Shown: positions 51,486 through 60,902 of the stretch, piece by piece
Layout: the number at the start of each line of letters is the position of its first letter
Position numbering within the stretch: position 1 is the stretch's first letter
Assembly (NCBI GenBank): GCA_047967505.1
Contig: CM106538.1
Direction: 5' to 3' (one strand)
Length of the DNA: 64,000 nucleotides
From: Dipteris shenzhenensis
Taxonomy: Eukaryota
Program-made: the position numbers and the translations under genes
Notes under the pieces: model-generated
Database searches by the model: none
Told to the model about the DNA's origin: nothing
What the model saw: the letters and a program-made list of their open reading frames with translations, nothing else

Positions 51486-54400
51486 TGTCATGAGGGCGTG
51501 AGTTTTAATACTCGCATGTGGCCTCGACCCTGGGAATCAAGTTGCGAGGTCAAGGGATGGGGGTGTGCAAGGTCCCCCTAGGAAATTGTGCCTTGAGGGC
51601 AATTGAGAAAGGTTTAGGGCCAAAAGGGGCCCAAAAACCTTGGGGCTTTTAAGTTGGTCATTGGTGGGCTTTTAAAAGGCCCCAATAGAGGGGGCCTAAG
51701 GGATGGGCTGTCAAGTGGCAAGCCCATGCAGCCCCCCCCTTTTGGAAAGGAAGGCCAAGGAAGGCCTTGGGCAAGAGATTTTGGACGTAAAAGAATGGCG
51801 CGGGGGTCAGAAACACGTAACAGAGGAGGCCTCACGGAAGTTGGCGCTTCCACGGAGAGAATGCATACAATCCGTACAATGGTACGGAAGGGGAAATCAA
51901 CGCATTAAATGCTGCTGGTATGGTGACATGCAGAGCTTTGAGCGGTACGGAAGCATTGATGGCGAGCTGTACGGTCAAGTGTACAGGGTCATTGATGATG
52001 GCAGTACATGTACGTACTGACAATCAGCGTGGGATGTACGGTTCTGAACTGTAGCTTTTGGACGAGAACTACGAGGATGTGTGAATTGATTTCTAAGTGC
52101 TGGCTTCGTGGTTTCATTGGGCTGTACGACAGCCACTCTTTTGCCCTTTTGAATATGGGCTGTGGCTGAGTGCTGAATGGAAGCACATTTCAGCTTGACA
52201 GGGCATGCTCTGGATTCACATGGGTGTGCAAATAGCTCATGAATGAGCTTGGTTGAGCTGTTGGTTGGTGATTTCATTGCACTTATCCTTTCTAGAGAAT
52301 GCCCGTGAGCATTGGGCTGGTTTTTGAAGAGACTTGCTTGGTAGGGAGATCGCAATGGATGCTTGCAGATATTGTTTGTACTTTTCAGCACCGGGGGCAG
52401 CTCAATTATGCTTTCACCCATTGTTTGGGTATCCCAGTGGATTAGTGAACACTTGTGATTGATTGGGGAGCGTGTGGCCTTGCTAGGGCTGTAAATAATG
52501 GCTCCCATGTTAGATGCAGGTGTTTGCACTGAGTATGGATGCTTATGGTCACATGGGTGTGATTGTAGAGCCCCGCAGGGCTAATGTGTTGTGATACTGA
52601 TGCCTCTGAGTGAGGGAAGAGCATTGAATGCGTGTGAGTTGGTACTCATTGTGTAATCTCTTTGTGGCACTCTTCAATCATTAAAAAAGTACCGAAAGGG
52701 GCGCCAAGGCTTTGGGGCCAATCTATGACTTTGTGCTTTGATAGCTCCCCCGATCTGTCCGTGGATTGTTTGCTGAGTATTCTTTTGTGAACGCTTTTGT
52801 TTGGTTAATGTTTTACCATCCTCTTGTTACGCTTGAGGTTGGTTTCATGGTTCTGTTGCCGGGACATCACCATCTTTCTTAAGGAGGTGAGCCTGCGATT
52901 GTCTCTGGTGAAGTGTTGTTTGCTGTAATTCGATTACAGCGAGAAGAAAATCAAAAAATATGTCTTTGACAGATAATGACTAGGATATGGAGGGGTAGTC
53001 CTCCCAGGATGAGCAAGAAGAGCAATCTATGCATAAGGGAGCCTTTCAGGATGACCAAAATGTTGAGGCACAGCAAGTGGTAAATGATTTTGGGGTGAGT
53101 GCTTCTCAGTCAAAAGGGTCAAAAGAGGCTGAGGATGCAGAGGAAGCCAATGCTATCTTTAAGACACAGTTAGCGAGCGCTATGGGAGCACTCAGGCAGC
53201 TCACGCAGGACCCGAGGTTCCTTGAGTTTATGCATACTCCTTTGAGATTCAAGGAGAGAAAGGAACATTCTCATTCAGGGGACCCTACTGGGGTTCAAAA
53301 ACAGCCATTTGGAGTGGATTCATTGGATGGACAGCCTCCATTAATGCCAAATGTATAGGGAGTTGCAGGGCAGCAGCCCTTTCAAGGTCTTGGTATGGTT
53401 ACGCATGGCCAACGGGCTGATTTTCAGAATCTAAATCAAGGGCAGCAAGCTTTTCCCCAAACCTTTATGCATCTAGGGTATTTTGGTGGGGGTTCAGTAT
53501 TTCAAGCAATGGTTGGTCAAGTTAATGATGGTCAAGGAATGCTTGAAAATTACCCTGTTGGTTTACATCTTGGGATGCAAGGGATGCAAGGCAATGTATT
53601 TGGGAAAATGCAGCCCACAATGCCCAACATGATGTATGACAATATTGGCATGCAGCCAGGAATGCAAAGTGGAAGGACAAGAACCTTTGGAGCTCCTACA
53701 CGTATGTTTGGTATGCTTGGGGCTGGTTTGACAAACCCTCTAATGGGTAGTGGTAATGCACGACAGGCTGGAGGGAATGCAATTCAACCTCCATTTTTGC
53801 AGCCACATGTGTATGATAATCTGGCACTCAAAGGGAAGGTAAACGATTACAAAGAAGTGGTGTGGCAGTGAAGTTTGAGACCTTTAATGGGGCTGAAGGT
53901 AGGCTGACGGCTTTAACTTTTGTGCAGCAGTTTGATGCAACCTTTTCAGGAGGGAACTTTACTGAGTCATCTAAAACGCGAAGGGCAGCCACCTTCTTGA
54001 AGGGGAATGCTCTACAGTGGTGGACAAATTTGCTGCTCCAAAATAAAGCACCCACGTTCAGTTTAAGCAGGTGTTCAGCTACCTGGTTGACCACTACCTT
54101 TAAGGTAGATGTTATGACAGCATGGCACAAGTTGGATGCAGCTCATTGCGATAACTTGGAAGAGTACAACAAAAAGATTTGGGAAGCTCTCTTGCCGGTC
54201 AGCTCTTATAGGCATGTGCCCTTGTCAGAATAGATTGAAAAATACTGTTGTGGGCTGGCAAAGGAAATTAGGGACTATTGTACTAAAACAAGGATTACCA
54301 ACATGTCTCAACTCATTGCGAATGCTACCACAGCTGATGCATTATTGTTGGGAAAATCCAGCGGATATAAAAACAGTAAGTCTGAGAGTTTCAAGAAAGC

Positions 54401-54510
54401 AGGGAAGCCAGGAAATGCTTCCAAGCCTCCTTTCAACAAAGGAAAGAAGCGGTGCACTGATGCAAGGTCTTCACCTCCACCTGAAGTAGCGCCTGCAATG
54501 GCACCAAAGT
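51486..54510 (+). mobile_element. gag: 3'-truncated Ty3/Gypsy element: ~1.4-kb LTR plus disrupted gag
   Basis: Begins TGTCATG exactly where the Copia gag breaks off; LTR-like to ~52870. A Q/G/M-rich Gag N-terminus is followed by VKFETFNG..ALTFVQQFDATF...AATFLKGNALQWW (retrotransposon Gag capsid). Confidence 0.75.
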
Positions 54511-54702
54511 AATCCTCACCTTCCCCTGGGAGATAAGAACAGACTTCTCGTCTAGGAGAAGGGAACTCAAATCATCTAAGTCTAATTGACGTGTTGTCAC
54601 CTGGCTCCTCAATGCTCGGGGAACTATGTCATAATTTGGAGGGAGCTTTGTAAGGATGAGCGATGAACACCTGAATCGTAACTCGACCAGGATTAGGGCC
54701 AT
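54510..54702 (-). pseudogene. Copia Gag fragment
   Basis: LILTKLPPNYDIV..AL...LDLDDLSSLLLDEK resembles the L..LP..Y....L...L.L..L...LL.EE segment of Copia Gag. Confidence 0.5.
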
Positions 54703-55090
54703 AAATAGCCTGGCCTACCAGCCCTAGAGGCTGGGCCAAACAACTTCCCCAATAGCCTTAAAAACGTGGCTATTTGTTGAGTTTGTGAGCTTCTTTCAGC
54801 CTATTTGGGCAGCATTTGTCATATGTGCATGTGAAATTCTCTTCGATAAACAGTTCCAAAACCTAGGCAATGCACAACACACCCAAGTAACCCTGGCACA
54901 CCTTGAACCAGTATGAAGATTTCTGAGCATCTGATGCGCATTTAAAATGAACCGCATGTGTGCCTATTTGAGATTGCATTTTCAATCATCATCTGCAGGA
55001 TCAAATGAAAGACCCTAGATAGCCCAGGTGGTCCAAGGTGTCACTTCAATGGCTTCCGAAGTTGCAACAATGTGAATCCTCAAGGGGGGA

Positions 55091-55126
<36 letters not shown>

Positions 55127-55188
55127 AAAACTAAACCCCCAGTTTTGTGTCACAATTTAATTCAATTGTAAATATGCAAGTTTGAGGA

Positions 55189-55231
<43 letters not shown>

Positions 55232-55749
55232 ATTAAAGTCTTCGGAAGACCGATGGGTCTATGAGACTGTGAAAAACCTGGTACAACGAGCTGTGGTGGT
55301 GGAGCTACTAAATGAGCATCCACACCAATGCAAATGCAAAAAATGCAGAATGTCAGTACTAGATCCTAAGTACAACAAAGTTATGTTGGTAGTCGACTAT
55401 CTCATCATCATCATCATCACCATCAAGACATCAGGGTGGATGAGGCAATCGGGGCATGAAATCGGTGATAGAATGCTGTCGGCCACTCGAAGGTGCAGCC
55501 CTGGCATGTCTCCTAGTCATCGCTCTGTGTCTAACCAAGGCTACTATGACCCCCGTCGGGCGGGACCCGACTCTAAACAGGGAGGGGATGTCCCCAAGTG
55601 TGATCTGTGTGTCAACCCTCTGTCTGAGCTGTCGAGTCACAAGCTTGGGGTCACGGTCATGTCGAGGCCTCGTCTCGTGGGTGTCCATGTGATCTGGCTG
55701 GAAAAACACAGTGATAGAGCTCTGAGAGGGATCATCCAAGGAAGAAGTC

Positions 55750-58700
55750 TGCTCCTGTCTCCGTGCTCGAAGTATCCTCTCGCGGTGTCTGAGTGCCTCA
55801 TGAACGAAACCTGCCAAACATCGCTGGGCTAGGTAGGAGATGAATAGGGCCAAAATCCCATAGCTATCTCTGAAGAGGCACTAGAAACGTCCGCGGATCT
55901 CATAGTAAACAGGACACCTGAAGATGAAGTGCTCCTCTGTCTTCACCTCCTACATGTCACACAAAGTGCATATGCACCTCTCCCTGGGTAGTCGCTCTGC
56001 TCTGCCGCTCTTGATACGAAGTCTATGTGAAGAAACCCGGAACTGCCCAAGAGAGATCCTCAGTGAGTGGGGTACGTAAATCTACGTGTACACTGGTGGG
56101 TCAATAAAACCCTCTACTGTGATATGTAAGAAGTGATCTCTGTAGAAGCCTAGCTTCACTAGAAGATCACTTGGGCCCAGCTAGGTCCGGAATGTGTGTA
56201 GCTGTAATAGATCCTCACGGATAACCTGGTTGATCTTGTGTGATAGGAGGGGAGAAAACAAAGCATCCATGCTGTACTGGAAGGGAGGTAGTCTGTCCAT
56301 GTGGAGCCCCAGTCCCTCAAACCATCTCTCTGTGCGTGCATACTAGCACCTCTAGTCCCCTCCTACTGCAAGTGCCATAAAAGAGGACAGTGTGAGCCAT
56401 GGGAGCCTGCTACGCCCAGAGGAGTAATCCCCATACCCCCTCACTCGGTACATATAAGTGATGACCTGAAAGAGTCAAAAAGCAACCCTTTGGTCCGTGG
56501 ATCCTGAGAGTGAGAGCAGAAGCACTGCCTCTCTAGTCTGGCCAATGAAGCATATCCTTTGATCAAGCGTGCCTCCATCACGGGTCTCATAGTGAAGATG
56601 GGTCCGGAAAAGACAACCCCAAGATAAGTGTATGATGAAACTACCTCAATAGGTGACCCATCAAATGCAAACTGCTCCTGGCACATGATGGCTCGAGATG
56701 TATTGAAGATCATTACCTTGGTTTTACCCAGGTTGACCTTCAAAACATGAGACTCACAAAAGGACTGTAGTGCGTCAAGGTGTCTCTGGAGCCTCTTTGC
56801 TGAGGAAGACAAGAGAGCCATGTCATCTGCGTAAAGCAATATCTGGATCAATGTGCCTGCAAGAGAGCAACCTACCCCCCCCTGTGTCTGTATCACTGTC
56901 TCAAGCTCGTCAATGTAGAGGTCAAACAAGGTAGGTGATGATGGACACCCTTGTTTGACCCCGACAGTGCTCATGATCTCGTCTGTCCACCCAGATCCTG
57001 CCCTGACTCTGCCTGAAACTCTCTCGTAAAGTGCCATGACAGCCCAAATGATCTCCTGGTCGTAACCCAAATCCTGTAGACGCCATATGAGGCAGGATAT
57101 CGGGACCGTGTCAAATACCTTGTGGAAATCCACAAAGCAACAGTAAACCCTCTACTTCCGTGCCTCACCTCCTCGATGATACATTTGAGCGTGAGAATGT
57201 GATCCATGGTCCCATGATCTCGCCGGAATCCGGCCTATCCTGCTACTCTAAGTCCTCGACACTCCGCAAATCTGCTGACCTCGGAATCAAGTACTGATGC
57301 ATAAATCTTGAGACTTGGACATGACATGTCCAATCATAATGGTCCTGTAGTTCTCCGGGCTTATGGGATCCCCTGTCTTGTGAATGGGTGAGATAGTGTT
57401 AATGGTTCAGGTGCATGGGAACCCCAAACAAACAGCTTCATTAAATAGCTTTGCTAAGATCGGGACTAGGAGGTTAATCCCATATGCAATGAACTCAGAC
57501 TTCAGTGCATAGTCCCTCATCATGATCCTTCGCTTGGCCATTATAAAGCTTCATTACGGCATCCTTTACTCCCTCCCCTAGTGAAGAGGGTGCAGCATCC
57601 TTTACTCCCTCCCCTAGTGAAGAGGGTGCAAGATGTGGGACGTGGCATATGTGAGAGGTTAGGGACTGGCTGATTTGGGATATCATAGAGTGTGCGTGCA
57701 TAATCGAACCACACCTAAGTGTTAGTGAGTGGTGAGGGGGACCGTCCCTCTCTAGAAATCTCCGCCAAAAGTCCTTAGAGTTGTTACTGAACAAAATGTT
57801 CAGTAGCTCCTCGTTCCGGCAAACAAAGTCTAGTTTCTTTCTGCGTACCAGTCGACAGTACTCACGTAGCGTCTTTGGTTCGCTCGAAAGATTGTTTTTG
57901 GTTTCGAATCTGAGCTTACAGCGTAGAGCCTTACACTCATCATCCTACCATCTATTACAGGGTACGGTCCCAAGGGATGGTGGGCGGGTAGAGCGGGTGG
58001 TGTGAGGGAAAGCGTGAAGAGCACTGTAGTGAGCGAGTGACTAGGACAGCACGATCCTCTAATAGGGGTATGAAGTCAATGTAGGCGAGAAGTATGTACA
58101 GACGACCAGAGTAAGTAGGTGCGTGATTGCGATCAAAGCGTATATCATGGTAGGTGGAGTAAGAACTCAGCCGGGTGGAAAGTGCTGTGCGACGAGGAGT
58201 GGGAATGCTAAAGAAAAGATAGGTATGATCAGCCCTTGGAGGAAGAGGTGCCACGGTAAAGTCAGTGATGATGCGAGATGTGAAGGCAGGGGATCCCATG
58301 ATGCAGTCAACAACACTGGAGCCTCCCCATGTGGAAAGCACGTGAAACCACCTGATGCTAGCCATCTGTCAAGACCATTAAAATAATGAGATCATGCATC
58401 CTACCGAGGTCCAACAGGGCTTGCCCATAAGATGTGAACCGTCCTCGTTTGTCGGCCGAAACCTGTAGCATACCTATCTCCTCAAGGTCAATGTCTGGCA
58501 GTAGAGTGGAATCATCCCTGAAGTCGAGGAGTGGTGACTGACGAGCGCATGTCCTCGCCTTGAAGTCCCAACTAAGAGGACTTCTCCACGGCTAGAGAAC
58601 TCAACGATGGACTGATATAGAGCAGCAAATGGAGATGTCTCATCCTTGCCTCGAATATCTCTGGCAAAACGGGAGGTCTGAGGGCGGAAGTAGCAAACTG

Positions 58701-59058
58701 CAATAAACAGATCTCGGCTGTCCATGTGCCGGAGCCGGATCCAAAGAAACCTGGAATGTGCATCTCTCTGCTCTACTGAGATGGTCCCCAAAAGTGTGGA
58801 TCTGTAAAGGACTGCGACTCCTAACCCTCAAACCCCTCCTGTATCCCTCGTCTCATCTCTGTAGGCCGACTCCCATGTATACCTGCTGACTCCTGGTAGT
58901 GGATGCTTTGGACTCTGATGTGTCTCTGTATAAAAGACTATGTCGTGGCCTGTATAGGATTTCGAGAAGTTCCATGGTTCTGATCATAAGGTACCATTAC
59001 AGTTCCAGATGGTGCAGGATAGGGTCTTGGATATCTGAGTCTCATAGACCCCGCCTCC
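55750..59058 (-). pseudogene. LINE ORF2: APE endonuclease, reverse transcriptase, C-terminal Cys/His domain; disrupted
   Basis: APE: IWNCNG, GVAVLY, FIAVCYF, GGSSVVD, ADH. RT: NYRTIMIGH, DHILTL, DFHKVFD, GVKQGCPSSPTLF, LLYADDMALL, VNLGKTKVM, YTYLG. C-terminus: FRVSSHRLRI..C..C...EEHFIFRCPVY. Confidence 0.9.
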
Positions 59059-59800
59059 CTATGTGGGAGGGGAGGTGGGTGCCCGACGGGGGCCTGTAAG
59101 GAGTCGTCCATCTCGTACTACTGTCCACTTCCCCTCCTTGCGGGCCTGATCCCACTGCTGCAATAGAAAGCTTCTCTCCTTAACCTGTAGTGGAGTGAGG
59201 TCCTCATCCATGGAGATCTCTAGCTGGTCTCGTAAGGCTGACCTACGACATAAAGCCAAAAGTCGTGCCTAGGCATCATGGAACCGTATGATCAAGGGCT
59301 GGGGTCCCTTCCCACCCGCCATGCTCTCTCAATCTTGTGCTCAGTCGCCCCTAGAGTAGTGGCTACGAAGGTCGTCGCATCTGCCATCCGTGTAGTCTCC
59401 GTGCGTGGGACCCCACGTACTCTAATGTTGAGAGCCTTAATGGCTCTCTGCTGTTGCTCCAAGAGGGTAGCCGAAACGGTTACCCTTGCAGGTTCTCGTT
59501 TGGCTATGTCAACCCATCTGAACGTCTCCTTAATGGCAGATTGTATGCTCGCAATCTGTGCCTCCACAATTGGGGTGCTCCCTCGGACTGTGCGTATAGC
59601 AGTGACATCTTGTCGGAGCTATGGGATCTCCTGTTGTCGGAGTCCCTGAATAAGATCAGCTTGGTGTCGGATAGCATGAGCTTGCTCCTGTATGAGACGC
59701 ACCTGCCCCTGGGTGAAGCGTGTCTACTCTTGTGAGAAGCGTGACAACTCCATCTCGCGCTCTCGGATACTATGTACCTCCATCAGCAGGTTCTCCCAAG
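59059..59800 (-). pseudogene. LINE ORF1 (coiled-coil + RRM + CTD type), frameshifted; 5' boundary approximate
   Basis: ALNIRVRGVP, IERAWRVG, ISMDEDLTPLQVKER, ARKEGKW..VRDGRL match the animal-type L1/L2/CR1 ORF1p signature. Confidence 0.75.
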
Positions 59801-60902
59801 CCTCTGATGGGTCAGCTCGTCTGTGCCCTAGCGAGAACTGAAAAGACTGGCATGAAAGTGTGAGGATGAGACTGGAGGCTGGGTGATGACTGGGTGAGAC
59901 GAGTGCGGTATGGAGATGACAGTGGCATGGATGAGGAGATCCCAGCAGGGTGTGGGAACGTGGGCTGACTGAGAGGCAAAGCGGAGAGAAAGGTCGAGGT
60001 GTAGTGCAAAATAGTGTATGACCCCTCCAAAGTAGGTGTCATAATCGGTGAGAAAACGATAGCGGGAGACGAAGGGAGAGATGGAAGAGATGATGTCAGT
60101 GACAACCCCTCTATCCTAGGGTAGAGAGAGAGAGAGAGAGATGGAGAGAGGAGAAAAACTAAACCCCTAGCTTTGTGTCACAATTTAATTCAATTATAAA
60201 TATGCAAGTTTGAGAAATAGAAGACTTCCTTCTTTTCAAGTGATGTTGTCTATGTTTCTCATGCTCTTGCCTTTGTGAATGCCTCTCACCCTCTTCCCTC
60301 TTCTTTCTCCATGCATTCCCCATCCTTTTCCCTCACCCCGGTCACATCTCAACCCACGTATTGAAGAGAGAGGAGATTGGGGCATTAAATGAAGCCAAAA
60401 GAGACGCTCACTCTCTATCTCCTCAGATCAAAACAAAGATATAGAAATCAAGGCGAGATTGTACTCTAGCATCGGAAATAAGTGAGGGGAAGCATTTATT
60501 TGAGCTCATCGTTCAGCTCCAAAAGTAAGGGCGAGCCTTTGTTGAAAGAACACCTTGTGACTCAACACAATGTGAACTGATGTGAAAGGCGTAAATTAAA
60601 AATCTAATTTGGCTAAATTGGACGATTAGAACGAAGCATTTTTAAATCTCACACAGACCCCAAATAGAAGGCGGAATTATAGATAATGACACACCCTATG
60701 GAGGACTAGAGTTGGGTGACACACATCAGAAACTGATTCCACTATATGGAAGACAAACCATCTGAACAAAGAGATGAATTGATAGATCACTTCTTATAGA
60801 GAATGAAAATTATACAAGTATAGATCTTTAAGAAATCTTTACATCCATATAAGAAGAACTAAAATTGGACCATTGAGAAAAGAGTTATCGCAGCTTTACT
60901 AG

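Larger units (their letters stand above)
55191..60122 (-). mobile_element. Near full-length non-LTR retrotransposon (RTEX-like LINE) with ORF1, APE-RT ORF2, AATAAA+(CT)19 tail and 98-bp TSD
   Basis: ORF1 and ORF2 motifs (listed separately); 3' end ...TTTAATAAA(CT)19; direct repeat 55095-55192 = 60123-60220. Confidence 0.92.

Noticed and set aside
55401-55426. (TGA)n run as the LINE 3' terminus
   Set aside because: The AATAAA+(CT)n tail, the TSD boundary and the similarity to the second LINE's end place the terminus at about 55191-55229.
55182-55832. 216-aa plus-strand ORF
   Set aside because: Antisense to the LINE 3' UTR and begins in the (GA)n tail.
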